A stretch of 64,000 nt of DNA from Octopus vulgaris (GCA_951406725.2 OX597815.1:85126001-85190000); one strand, 5' to 3'; counted from the first letter of the stretch, positions 1-12,464 are shown. The notes: generated from the sequence alone by a model not told the origin. Translations and numbers: made by a program.

Positions 1-39
1 CATTCTACTGTACTACCATTACTACTATTATTACTTGAA

Positions 40-1130
40 TTAGTGAAGAATCACTCATTTCTTCCCCTATTGTCCATCTTGATCTGAATGTATACCTGAC
101 AGCTCCATGATAAATCTGCCAACTGTAAAGAAAAGAAAATTATGAACATAAGAAACCTCAAAATAAGCCGCTATTCTCAACATGAGTGACTATGCATATG
201 CAGTGACTGTAACTTCACCCATTTTCCTGGAACAAGACACACAGTTCATACAAGCAATACCAGCCAACACCAAACCACACATCTTACAACAGCAACAACA
301 ACAACAACACCACCAAATGCTAAATCACACATAATAACTTCTGCACATGTAACCCGGAATCCTAAAATCTGTCACTATCTCCAACACAAAAGATTATGTC
401 TGATGTGTGACTGTCCCTTCTCTCATCTTACAGAGACTTGATGCAATAGTAAAAGCATGACACCAGTCCACCACCAAATCTACAGTAGAAACACCCCTTA
501 TGGTGGCAGTGTAGGTCCAGACTTTCATTGAAACACAGAAGTCCCTCAGATATCTACTGGATGCAATAGTAAAATTTACAGCCACAAACCATATAACTAC
601 AACCATACCAACTCCAGAAAACAACCCCTCCCAAAACAAGAAAATTGTTTTTTAGTGATGATGAATGTGACAAAAGAAATTTAAAAAAATTTCTAGCTCT
701 TATACAGTACCAGCCACTGCTATAACCCCAATGCACAACCACACCATTGCTGATATTAACCCACAATCCCAACTCAATAATAATACCCAGTGTACAAGGT
801 TTTTCACACTTCACAAGTCAAACAAAGTTTCATATCTTAGAGACCTTGCACAGCAGGAAAAGACAATATGTGCAGCACAAAGTGAAATGCACTTGACCCC
901 AGATATATTGGATGTGGAAATACATATGTCAGGTTATATACTATTAAGAACTGACTATAGAATATGGAAACAAGGAGAAATAGCGAACTTCATCCAAGAA
1001 GACCTGGCAGCAAATGTCCCCCTCTTCCACTCCAACACAATGTGCAATATACTAATAATGCATGTCATGCTGCAAGCCTGTGTCTGTTGCATCAAGCAAG
1101 AAAATGTTCAGCATATTTGCTTTTTGAAGA
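40..1130 (+). mobile_element. Decayed LINE (CR1/L2/Jockey-type): ORF1 remnant plus APE endonuclease N-terminus
   Basis: ORF 731-1135 contains KVSYLRDLA..QSEMHLTPDILDVEIHMSGYILLRTDYRIWKQGEIANFIQEDL, a degenerate form of APE motifs (TETHL..DI.D.EI.I.GY...R.DR....GGVA.Y). The upstream part is A/C-rich with Cys/His remnants. Confidence 0.7.
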
Positions 1131-1975
1131 CCTGAATCCATATCACAATGATGCAACACTGTCTGATACAATGTGCTGTAATGCATTTACATAAAAATTT
1201 GTGCAATGAAAACACTTTGGACATCCTCTTGGAAAACTTCATCGCCAAAATGAGCCAGTATAGAAAAATTTTTGGAATGACTTGAAACATTACTTTTCCA
1301 TATGTAATAATAAAAAATATTATTATACCTGTGTTTGTTTTGATATTAAGGTTGAAAAAAAATTGGACCTGAGTTTGCACCCACTAAGCACATTTTTGTT
1401 CCCAGACCACTGCAAGCTGATATATTTCTCTGTAATGTATAGCGATGAATGTGAAATCAATGATTGATTTATGGGGTGCTAGTACTGAGCTTTGTTTCAT
1501 TTACAGCACATTTTTCTGACAATAGACTGGCATCCTGTCTATTGTGAGATTTGTTTCATGTCTGAGTAATGCTACAGAAACTGAAAATAAAGGCCCCATC
1601 AGAGAATTTGATAAAAGGAAATAATCATATGATTTTTAACAGTGGCACTAAACCACAACTTTGTAGAGAAGCACTGGATGATAATGATAATGATGATGAA
1701 GATAATCATTGTCAATATTCTGTCTATCCTAGAATTTAAAATAGTTTCTATTATCATAGAATTAAAAAACTCTCAACTATGATTCCCTTTGTGTGTGTGT
1801 GTGTGTGTATGTGTATGCTGTTTAGGGGCTACACACAATTCCTTTATGTAAAGGGAGAATGAACTGGGAAGATGACCTAAATATTGGAGAGTTTTATTTA
1901 TTCATTTGCTATGACTAATTCTTAATACATCGATGAATTAAAAATAGAATAAAGTGTAAGTAAATAATATTATGA

Positions 1976-2345
1976 TTACCTCTGCCTTGGCGAAGGCAGA
2001 AGTATTGTTTTCAGTTGTGTTTGTTTGTTTGTTTATCCATGGACAAAATGTTTCAAGAACCACTGGATGGATTCCGATGAAACTTTCAGGGATGTTTGGC
2101 CTCATGGTTGGCACAAACTGATTAGATTTTGGAATTGATTCAGTACCAGACAAGGATTCTGGATTATTTTTCTGTTTTTTTTACTTAATTTTTGAGAGCG
2201 GTCAGGTTCATTTTTAGTATTCTCATTTGTGAGAGCAGTCAAGCTTATTTCAGATATTCTCGTTTTAAAAGTCATCTCTAGCTAATCATTGAGAGGATGT
2301 TGGTGTTGCCTTGGCAGAGGTTTGCACTCTCTGAGTGCTCTTGTT
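1976..2345 (+). mobile_element. Non-autonomous Helentron/DINE-1-like (HINE) element
   Basis: 5' hairpin ACCTCTGCCTT-ggcg-AAGGCAGAAGT (1978-2003), (GTTT)n tract, 3' subTIR GGCAGAGGT (2313-2321), 3' stem-loop GCACTC-tct-GAGTGC (2324-2338), T-rich ends. Confidence 0.75.
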
Positions 2346-2357
2346 ATTATCATTATC

Positions 2358-2565
2358 AGGGCAGCAAGATGGCAGAATCATTAGCACACTAGGAAAAATG
2401 CTTAACATCATTTCGTCCATCTTTATGTTCTGAGTTCGAATTCTGCCAAGGTCAACTTTGCCCTTCATCCTTTCAGTGGTGATAAAATAAGTACCAGTTA
2501 AATGTAATTGAATTGACCCCTCCCTCAAAATTGCTGGCTTTGTACCAAAATTTGAAACCATTATT
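2358..2565 (+). mobile_element. tRNA-derived SINE family A (CORE-like centre)
   Basis: TGGCAGAATCATTAGC A-box-like, GTTCGAATT B-box, GATAAAATAAGTACC core, (ATT)n tail. Many copies in this window. Confidence 0.75.
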
Positions 2566-2604
2566 ATATTTTTAATTATTATCATTGCTAATAATGATAA
2601 TAAT

Positions 2605-2818
2605 CCTTTCTACTATGGGCACAAGACCTAAGATTTTGGGGGAAGGGGGTTAGTTGATTGCATCAACCCCAACACTCAACTGCTACTTATTTTAGTGGCC
2701 CCAAAAGCATGAAGAACAAAGTCAACCTGGGCAGAATTTGAACTTAGAACTTAACGACAGTCGAAATGACACCAAGCATTTTATCCAATGTGCTGGTGAT
2801 TCTACCAGCTTGGCACCC
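2605..2818 (-). mobile_element. SINE family A
   Basis: Reverse-complement copy of 2358-2565. Confidence 0.75.
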
Positions 2819-2840
2819 AAATAATAATAATAATAATAAT

Positions 2841-3432
2841 AATTGCCCTGATGCAGTACCAGGCTTGCCCTGATGCAGTACCATAATTGCCCTGATGCAA
2901 TACCAGGCAGTGGCTCTCATTGCTTCTGATCTTAACTGATTGTGCATTGTTTTGTCTTGGTAGAAAAGATGGGCTACAGCAAACATTCTGCTCAATACCA
3001 CAGATTTTCTTGTCAGTTGTTTGACCTTAACCAGTTGACCATGTCCCTTAGTGGCTGACGACATGTGCATCTCTGATCATGAGCAAAAGTAGTGGGGGAG
3101 CATCATAGCCGTGTGTTGAAAGGAATTCTTAGAGGTTTGGATAATTCACCTTTGGAAACATGGGTGGTTCGTTCAACATCCTTAAACAATCCTTATTCAG
3201 GGACCTTTCGAGTGGGATGGGCTACTCGACCAGAAGAAAATTCTAACTAGGCCCCACCTGCAAGGTCATGCGCTGTTTATCTTGATATGAGATCACCATG
3301 TTGCGCACATATGGTTGTGATGCATGTGCCTCGTGTACCCTTATCAGACGGGTAGTCATGATGGGTATACTGGGCTTCATATATTTTACCCCAGTGTCAC
3401 TTTGATGGCATGCACTGCTCTCTCACTCAATA
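2841..3432 (+). mobile_element. Interspersed repeat with (AAT)n tail (probable LINE 3' UTR or retroposon)
   Basis: Highly similar to 39735-40258. Embedded in AAT repeats. 5' end has a triplicated TGCCCTGATGCAGTACC motif. Confidence 0.7.
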
Positions 3433-3805
3433 ATCATCATCATCATCATCATCATCATCGTTTAGCATCCGCTTTCCATGCTAGCATGGGTTGGACGGTT
3501 CAACTGGGGTCTGGGAAGCCAGAAGGCTGCACCAGGCCCAGTTTGATCTGGCAATGTTTCTACGGCTGGATGCCCTTCCTAACGCCAACCACTCCATGAG
3601 TGTAATGGGTGCTTTTTACGTGCCAGACGAGTCTGGCAAACGGACACGATCAGATGGAGCTTTTTATGTGCCACCGGCACAGTGGCCAGGTGAGGCTGGC
3701 AACGGCCACGAATGGATGGTGCTTTTTACGTGCCACTGGCACGAGGCCAGTCGGGGTGGCACTGGCAACGGCCACGAACGGATGGTGCTTTTTACGTGCC
3801 ACCGT
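3433..3805 (-). mobile_element. RTE LINE 3' end with tandem ~55-65 bp modules
   Basis: (GAT)n tail on the minus strand. Same 3' sequence as the RTE ORF-bearing copy at 12465-13690. Confidence 0.75.
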
Positions 3806-3863
3806 AATAATAATAATAATAATAATGATAATAATAATAATAAGAAGAAGAAGAAGAAGAAGA
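3806..3863. repeat. (AAT)n-(AAG)n microsatellite
   Basis: Direct reading. Confidence 0.95.
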
Positions 3864-4073
3864 ATCCTTTCTACTATAAGCACAAGGCCTGAAATTTTGG
3901 GGGACGGGGTCTAGTCGATTATATCAACCCCAGTGTTTCACTGGTACTTAATTTATTGATCCTGAAAGGATGAAAGGCAAAGTTAACCTTGGCAGAATTT
4001 GAACTTAGAACATAAAGACAGACAAATTGCCGCTAAGCATTTCATTCAGCATGCTAATGATTCAGTCAGCTTC
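3864..4073 (-). mobile_element. SINE family A
   Basis: Matches 2605-2818. Confidence 0.75.
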
Positions 4074-5052
4074 ATAAAAATAATAATAAATGAATGTAAA
4101 AATTTAATGATGAACCAAAGAACAGTGGTTTAATCTAATGACCAATCATAAAACTTGGTTAATAACTGTCAAAAATATTTCAAGTAACACATATAAGATA
4201 TTTCTATGGGTCATCAGGTTGGGTTCACATTAGTGTTGACAAATGACCTATTTCTCCTTTCCCATGCAGAAAATCCAGGTCACATATGATATAAAATACT
4301 TTAACAAAAAGCTCAATCCCATTACTTTAAAAAAATGAGAAAATAGGTGTAAAATAGTTACATCACAAAACACAGTAAAGCAACAAATAATTTCCCATAA
4401 TGAAACTTAATGAAACTTCAAATAAAAAACATTGCTTATACTGAAGCCTAATTGGTCAGCTTCATTAACACAATAACAACACATTTTATAATTTATAAAT
4501 CACTAAACAATTTTAACTTGTCATAATGATTATAATGCTCTGTTTTAGTAGCTGTTGTATGGTCCTAATAATCCTGTGGTCATAACAGGTAAAGACAAGT
4601 AAAATACTGAAGTTCCATGCAAAACACACTTTTTTCATCAAAATTAATATTAAAATTAAGAATCTATATAATACACTGCATTAGACTGCAAAGATTTTTC
4701 TCCATTCATTTTCATAAGAAAAAAAATCATCATAATGTAATAAAGTTCTTTTTTTTTTTAATCTGTATATTTTATATGAAACATAGGGTGTGTTATACTT
4801 TTAAGATGGTGGTGGTGATGGTGGTAGTGGCAGCAGTGGTGGTAGTGGAGGCAGTGGTGGTGGTGGTAGCTGCGACAACAACAACAACAACAAAGTACAA
4901 GTCCTGACATTTATGGAGAAGAGTATAATTGACTATATTAAACAAATTAAATCATTGGCTTATTTTACTGACCCCCAAAAGACGATAAACAAAGTCAACA
5001 TCTCCAGGATTTGAATTCAGAGTATCAAAGAATTTTACACACCAGCCCTAAT

Positions 5053-6300
5053 GAGTGTACAACAAAACACCCCTAGGACAATACACCCTTAGGACAAAAC
5101 CTTCTCAGACAAAACTCTCCAAGTTAAAGTGCAAAAGTGAAGAAAAACACCTGTTATATTTTTGGCAGAGGTGTAAATAAGCACCCCATCCTGCCTTTTT
5201 TTTTCTTTTTCACAGATTCTCATATTTTCTGTCACAGTGATTCCAATACCGCCAAAAAATTAGCAATTTAAAATTTTAAATCCCCCACCCCCACTCTTCC
5301 TCCCACGATCTTTTTTATTTTTCACTTTTTTGCAAAAATTGCTTTTAGATTCTGCATAGAAAAATACAAAGATTATGATTCTGAAACAATTTTTTTTTTA
5401 AATTTCAATAAAAAAAAAAAAAAAATTGACACCACTTCCCACCCTGCACACATCCACACCAATATTCTTAATGTTTTGAAACTTATTCACTCATTTATGC
5501 ATGCATAAGTGATTTTCAACAAGTACATAAAGTTAAGCCTGGATCTTTCCACATGCTAGAAATTACAGTCAAATCTCGAAAACTTTTTTTAATTTCACAT
5601 AAACAAAATCAGAAATTGCTGTTGTAAAAAAACTTTTATTTTCCAAAATTCTAATTTTTAAGTATACAAAAATATATTCAATGGAAAAAAACATAAATAG
5701 AATAAGGTAATAGAATGCAAGAGATTTTACTACTCTATGTACATATTTCCTGAATTCTAACATAAAGAGAAAACATTTACTTCAAGAAATGGTTTTTACA
5801 AGTCAGAAACATTCATCATTGTCGGCAGCAGCAGAGGTGGCATCCAGGATGGTAGCAGTGGCATCATCGTCGTCGTCGTCAACATCACCACCATCATCAC
5901 CGCCACCACCATCATCACCACTATCATTACCATCATCATCATGCTGCCACTGCCACCACTGCCAAAGCTGTGATCAGCAATAAACTCAACCTCATTCATC
6001 ATCATCATTGTCATCATCAAAACTGAATTTTAGAAAAGAAGCCCAATTTTTTTTGCCAGAACTGGAATCTCTATTGCCAAAAGCATCAGAATCTGTAAAA
6101 AGGGAAAAAAAGTGCGGGCTGTTTATTGTACACCTCGCCAAAAATATAACTAAGAGGGTTTTGCCTACTTTTGCACTTTAACTTGAGGATTTTGTCCAAA
6201 GGGGTTTTGTCCTCAGGAGATTTTGTCCAAAGGAAATTTTGTCCTAAGGGGTTTTGTCTTGGGAGAGTTTTGTCCTAGGGAGAGGTTTTGTCTGAACCCC
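5053..6300. mobile_element. Mutator/foldback-like non-autonomous DNA transposon with long modular TIRs
   Basis: Left GGACAAAA subrepeats plus AAGTTAAAGTGCAAAAGT..TATATTTTTGGC mirror right GCCAAAAATATA..ACTTTTGCACTTTAACTT plus TTTTGTCC subrepeats. Degenerate 9-bp flanks AGCCCTAAT (5044-5052) and AACCTTAAT (6301-6309). Confidence 0.75.
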
Positions 6301-6374
6301 AACCTTAATAATAATATTTTCTTTATTTATCCCTAAACACTAAAGAAGAGCAATACTGGAAAAAAATTGTTTAT

Positions 6375-6550
6375 AATGTTGGCACAAGACCAACAATTTT
6401 GAGTACTGGAGGTTAGTCAATACCATCAACTCCAGTTCATGACAGGTACTTTATTTAATCAAAGGCAAAGTGACCTTGGCAAGATTTGAATCCAGAACAA
6501 ATGCCATAAAGAGCTGCAGCAAACATGCTTTAATGATTCTACTAATCCCT
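6375..6550 (-). mobile_element. SINE family A, degenerate
   Basis: GGCACAAGACC..GGTACTTTATT..AAAGGCAAAGTGACCTTGGC..ATTTGAA motifs. Confidence 0.6.
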
Positions 6551-7094
6551 GGCTTTCTCTTTCTGTGAAAAACAATAATGGCTTTGGCAAACAAACAGAC
6601 TGCCAGATAACACTTAATAAGTCTGACATCATTTTCCATGACTAAACTTTAGCTAATTAGTGATATAACAATATATATTTAATGACTCTAATGTTGTACA
6701 GATGTAAACTGAAAAGCTTAAGTATTGCACTAAATTAGGTGTTGAATTGCAAATATTTACACATGTGTTTGCTATCCCATTTATAACTGGTACAATTTCA
6801 ATGATATACAACCACTTCTCTAAAGACATTGATAGATATAGAAATGTTTTAGAAAATAGCAATTCTAGGATTTGTGAGTATTGTTAAGACATTTTCACAT
6901 AGTATTTGTTAAACTTCAATATTTTTATGCCATGTTTTTTTTAATAAGTACCTAATTCTTTTTGGAATAAAAACAACAACAGCAACAACAGCAGCAGCCA
7001 CAACAACAACAACCTTTAGCACACTGCATTCTCTCTAGAATTGTTTCCCCTGCTACTGCCCTATTAGTACAGAGGAGAAAATTCATTCATTGAC

Positions 7095-8460
7095 ATGATG
7101 CACCTACAATGTGCTAAAGGTTAAACTAGGGAAACAGAACACAGGCTTTGACAAAAACAAAATGTGGATTCTTCCAAGGAGATAGCTTGTCACCTTTGCT
7201 TTTTGTATTACATATATCACTGACTTTGATTTTGAGAAACATAAAAGCTGGAAATGAGTTCAAGGAAAGGAAAAATAAGACAAATCATAGAAATTTTATG
7301 AATGATCTGAAGCTTTATGGGAGAGATAAAAACCAACTACATTCTCTGGTTCAAACAGTGCATTTCAATAACATAAACAATAGAATGGAATTTGGGCTGA
7401 AAAAGTGTGATATGTTGATTCTATGAAATTGGTCTCAAAAGAGATTATAAAGAGAATAGACAAGGAAAGATATAAATCTCTGGGCATATGGGGAAGAGGC
7501 AAACTGATGGAAAGCTAAATGAAGATTTTCTCTTAAGAGTATTTCAGAAGGCTGAGATTGATTTTGAAAACTAAACTGCATGGGAGGAATAAGTTCCAGA
7601 CAATAGATACAGAGGCAGATACTCTCTTGAGATGTGGAGCAGAAGAGATACAATGGCAAACAGAACAACTGTAGTCTCTGGACAAAGAAACAAGGAAACT
7701 ACTAACAAAATGAAGTATATTCCACCCAAAAAGTGATATTGATTGGCTACACTTTACAAGGAAGAAGAAAAATGGAAATTGATAAGTTATACAAATTGTA
7801 TTTAGTTTTAGACAGAGGAAAACAATCTTGCTTGGTATATAAAGAACGCAAATGAAGCACTATTTGTGCAATTAAGGAAGGTAGATTTATTACATACAGA
7901 AAGCAATCAGGACAAGATGAGTTAGAAAATGAAAACAAACAAAGGGAGAAAACAACTGGAAGAATAAACAGATGCATAATCAGTTCTCAAGAGAGGTACC
8001 AAAAAACACAGCTGAAACAGAGGCCTTGATATGTACAATACAGGAACAAGCATAGGGAACAAACTACGTCAAGCAAATAACTGACCATTTTTCCGAATCT
8101 GACAAACACAGAATGTGTGGTAAAATTGGAGAGACAGTGAGACATTTATGCTACTGAATCAATTTGACCCAGAGAGAATACAAAAAAACACATGTATTTG
8201 AATGGTTCACTAAGAATCATGTAACAAGTTTGGATTAGGAAGGGTGAGAAAATGATATAAACATGAAATAAAAGGTATGGCAGAAAATGATAGAGTAAAG
8301 ATACTTTGGAACTTCATGATCCAACATGATCTCAGAATCAAATGTCAGATATCTGATACTATACTGAAGGAAAATCATACCTGATCATAGACATTGCTTG
8401 CCCTGGGGACAGCAGAATCACCAAAAATGAAGGAGTAAAAAGGATAAGAAATGAAGCTTT
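7095..8460 (+). mobile_element. Decayed R4/Dong-clade non-LTR retrotransposon (RT plus restriction-like endonuclease)
   Basis: GFFQGDSLSPLLF..NHRNFMNDLKLY..MEFGLKKC (RT). Downstream broken frames give ETEALICTIQEQA, R.CGKIGETVRH (CCHC remnant), ILWNFMIQ.D and IDIACPGD (RLE). Many stops and frameshifts. Confidence 0.85.
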
Positions 8461-8568
8461 GACACAACATATACTATTTTCATTGACTATAGTTTTTTTA
8501 TTTCTATCTTCAGAGATTTATTTCTCATATCTTTTCTCCTTCATTTTGGCTGATTCTGCTGTCCCCAG

Positions 8569-8763
8569 GAGTCTAGGACATTTACCCCCCCCCCCCCACC
8601 TGGACAATAACCTCGCAAAGACAATTACCCCTGAGAACAACATATGATGATTTAAAACTTCTTAATATATTAAAGAGGGAGTAATTAACCAAGGAGGGTA
8701 ATTGTCATAGGGGATAGTTGTCATTGGGGGGGGGGGTCTATAGGGGGTAATTGTTCTGATATG
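8569..8763. mobile_element. MITE with GGACAATTACCCC-type modular TIRs
   Basis: Left GGACATTTACCCCC/GACAATTACCCC versus right GGGTAATTGTC/GGGGGTAATTGTTC. Direct repeat GTCCCCAG at 8561-8568 and 8764-8771. Confidence 0.7.
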
Positions 8764-9539
8764 GTCCCCAGAGTAATCGATGTAGCTGCCATGTAGAATT
8801 GTATGCATATGCACAAGCATATATGTGCACATAATGCATTTATGTATCTGTATTTTATATGTGGTTTGTTCTAAAAGATTTTTTTGCAAAACATGTAATC
8901 ATCAAACATGATAAATACAAAAACTCGACCACTTTACAACTCACTCAACAGCTTAACATTCAGGTTTGTCTGACAGGAAACAAAACCATAACAGCTATGT
9001 TAGGTTTCTGGATTGCTTTCATTGTATTCAGTCAATTCTTTTCACAGGTCAGCATGATCTAAATAGACCAATGGAGGTGGATGTGCAACTGGTTGTAACG
9101 GTGGTAGCAGTGATATTTATAGTGGCTTATAACACAGCAGCAGCTACAGTAATTAAAACAGCAACAGTAGTGGCAACATCGTTTTCAACACCAACATTAT
9201 CAATTATTAAAGTGATGTATTTTTGATATTTCAGAGTTTCACAGATGACCAGTTCCTTAAGTGGCTGGTGAGTCAAAGATATATATATATATATATAAAA
9301 CACATATATAATGTTATAACCAATGCTGCAGTACTGCAGTAAAAAAAGATAGTCGACAGTACAGTTCACCAGTTCAAACAATAAAAATGTGTTGTAAGTG
9401 ATGATTGCAGAGAGTTCAAATCTGGTTATGTAGAAAACAACTTACAATAGACAAACAGGCAGATATACAAGCAGCAGACAACTAGACAGATACACAAGGA
9501 CACACACACACACACGCATGTATGTATTTATATGTTCAA

Positions 9540-10090
9540 GTCCCTCTAATACAGTTGACCTGTACAATTGGCAGCAACTTGTCTCCAATAATCCTCGTTT
9601 TGAACATGGTTGGTTACATCTTCCCAAGAGATGCTAAGTCATCTCAGATCTTCTTTAACTGTGATATGTTATGTCTTCAGGGGTCTTCTTCTCTTTGTTT
9701 GCCCCTCTGGTGGTACCCATTGTATAGAAATGGGTATTCATCCTTTTGGCAGTCAGAAAACATGACCTGCAAGTCTCACTCTTCTTTCTGCCACAATCTC
9801 TTGCTGGCTACACAAATTAGCTCTTTGCAGGACTTCAGGGTTTATGATTCTGTCCATGTAGATGATCTTGAGTATTCTTCATAGACACCATCGGTGGGAT
9901 GCTTTCAACCATTGAGTGATCTTGGTAGTCATTTTCCAAGTTTCTCCTGCATAGACTACTGTTGACAGAATCTTCATACAGTTGCTAATTGAAATGCTGG
10001 CCCAGGTCTGGTTCATTCTTCTGAAAAAACTACTGCTGCACACCCAATTCTGGAGTTGACATTTGCCTCAGTATCCACCTCTCAGTAGCT
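9540..10090 (-). mobile_element. Decayed RTE-clade LINE 3' ORF remnant
   Basis: Minus-strand broken frames resemble the RTE C-terminus (ETW, RIL.I.Y.D.I.N.EV, LAGHV, QW.P.EG, EDL). Confidence 0.65.
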
Positions 10091-10142
10091 ATAATGTATG
10101 CATGTATGTGTGTAAGTATGTATGTATGTGTGTATGTATGTA

Positions 10143-10487
10143 AAAGGGTAAAGACCCCCTTCAGTCAAGAATGACCATGGGATTTGCACCAAGCAAGTTC
10201 TTCTCTGAGGCACAAGTTCGAGCAAAGTTGTTTATGGAAGACCAGCAGTTACCCATGCACACCAACTTCCCCTCTCCATGCCACTGATGTTATCCAAAGG
10301 AAAAGCAAAGGCCAATACAGCTTGGCACCAGTGACATAGCAACACATTTCTACAGCTGAGTGAACTGGAGCAATGTGAAATAAAGTGTCTTGCTCAAGAG
10401 CACAACACACAGCCTGGTCCAGGAATTGAACTCACTACCTCATGATTGTAAGCCCAACACTCTAAGGACTGAGCCATGTGCCTTCAC
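10143..10487 (-). mobile_element. tRNA-derived SINE family C
   Basis: Reverse complement of 53639-53986; tRNA-like head plus TTGAGCAAGACACTTTATTTCAC..CACTCAGCTGTA. Confidence 0.8.
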
Positions 10488-10729
10488 ATGTGTATGTCTA
10501 TATATATATATAGAGAGAGAGAGGGCGGGGAGGTCACATGATGATTGTAAAGGAGCATTACTGTCAAACAAGTGATATCATTTATTCTTGTCTTTATGAT
10601 GAAATATTACCTGACTTGGAAGCACGTGAATGTTGACAACAAGAAGGGAATCACCCATAGAAAATGTCTGCTTTAACAAATTCTGTCTGACCTGTACAAG
10701 CAGGGAAAAGTAAATGTTAAGCGATGATG

Positions 10730-10910
10730 ATGATATCATCATCATCATCATCATCAATATCATCATCGTTTAACATCAGCTTTCCATGCTGGCATGGGTT
10801 GGGCAGTTTGACTAGGACTGGCAAGCCAGAAGGCTCCAATCTAATCTGGCAAGGTTTCTACAGCTAGATGCCCTTCCTACCACCAACCACTCCAAGAGTT
10901 TAGTGGTTGG
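10730..10910 (-). mobile_element. RTE 3' tail fragment
   Basis: (CAT)n followed by TTTCCATGCTGGCATGGGTT..GATGCCCTTCCTA. Confidence 0.7.
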
Positions 10911-11172
10911 CCCCACCTAATGCCAACTGCTTTCACCTTTTTTTTCTCTTCTATACCAAGACACTTATTTTCAACTAGCACAAAGTTACCTCCCTCAATA
11001 CTAGTCCCCATCTCAGTTGAGGGGTCTTTATCTTGCAAGTTACCCAGTTACCGCACTGGTGCTGGTGCCACATAAAAAGCACCCAATACATTCTGTAAAG
11101 TACTTGGCCTTGGGACTTTCCTGCAGATGATAATAGACAGGTTCATTTTCCGATTGTGATCCAAAAGCAAGG

Positions 11173-11205
11173 TGTGTGTATGTGTGTTTATATGTGTTTG
11201 TGAGT

Positions 11206-11236
<31 letters not shown>

Positions 11237-11431
11237 CATGTGTGTGTGTGTGTACATTTGTGTGTTTGAGTGCAAGTATATGCATGTCTCATTGATTAAG
11301 TGAATAATCTAATGTAAGAATTTAATAGTAGTTGTATCGTTCCTGATAAGATATTAAGATATTTCTGCCTGTATGTACCCATATGATTATGTGACATGTA
11401 ACTCCAAATATGTGTGTTTGTGTGTGTGTGT

Positions 11432-11478
<47 letters not shown>

Positions 11479-11520
11479 TGTGTGTTTGTTTGTGTGTGTA
11501 TGTGTGTGTGTGTGTGTGTA
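11173..11520. repeat. Two (TG)n microsatellite tracts
   Basis: 11173-11270 and 11410-11520. Confidence 0.9.
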
Positions 11521-11629
11521 TTATCTGCTAGGCGGAAAGATTTACTAGTGTTTATATAAAGTAACATGCTGGCTAAATTGAGTGTTCACGTGTATAGAAG
11601 TGTGTTTGTGTATATGTGCATATATATTC

Positions 11630-11704
11630 ACTCCCAGAAACATAAACACACCAACATCAGTTATCAAGTAGTGGTGGAGGACAAACACAGGCACAAAGAC
11701 AAAC

Positions 11705-11738
<34 letters not shown>

Positions 11739-11900
11739 TGGACTTCTTTTGGTTTGTGTCTACTAAATCCACTCACAAGACTTTGGTTGGCCTGAGACTA
11801 CTGTAGAAAACATTTGGCCTAGGTGTTATGCAGAGGGACTGAATCTGGGACCATGTGGCTAGGAATTAAGCTTCTTACCACACAGCCATGCCTGCACCTA
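11630..11900 (-). mobile_element. tRNA-derived SINE family B
   Basis: Matches 33485-33892. Confidence 0.7.
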
Positions 11901-11959
11901 TATATATATCTATATATCTATATCTATATATCTATATATATATATATATATATATGTTA

Positions 11960-12400
11960 CTTCCCCTGCCAAACTGGACAAAAAAGTTTTCATGAAATAT
12001 ATACGCTACTTTAAAATGCATAAGTAGTGTCAATATTTTATCGTTGGAAAATGGTCTAAAACAAAGATAAAACCCACATGCAGTATACTCAAATCTGATT
12101 AATCTGCATTTTTGGTGAGCCCATAGTCGACATCAGAAATGTTTTTTAGTCAACAGCAATTCAAGGAGCCTGATTAATGTTTGTTGCAAATTTAGAGGAA
12201 AGCAGCTGGATACTCTTCAAATTACAGGCCTTAACACTGCAAAAATGCTTAAAAATGAGGTTTATCTGCCCCTGAGCCCACATTAGACAAAAAGTTGAAA
12301 ATGGACCCTATGCAATACATGTGTAAAATTTCACTAAAATCGGTTGGGTGGATCTTGAGTTTTAATAACATGACAAACACAGAGGCAGACAAACATATAT
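11960..12400 (-). mobile_element. Possible non-autonomous Helitron-like element
   Basis: Minus strand begins TGTTTGTCTGCCTCTGTGTTTGTC..CCGATTTTAGTGAAATTTTACAC, a layout typical of Helitron/DINE-like cores. Termini not resolved. Confidence 0.35.
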
Positions 12401-12464
12401 ATGATAGATAGATATATAGATATATATCATCATCATCATCATCATCATCATATACATATATCAT

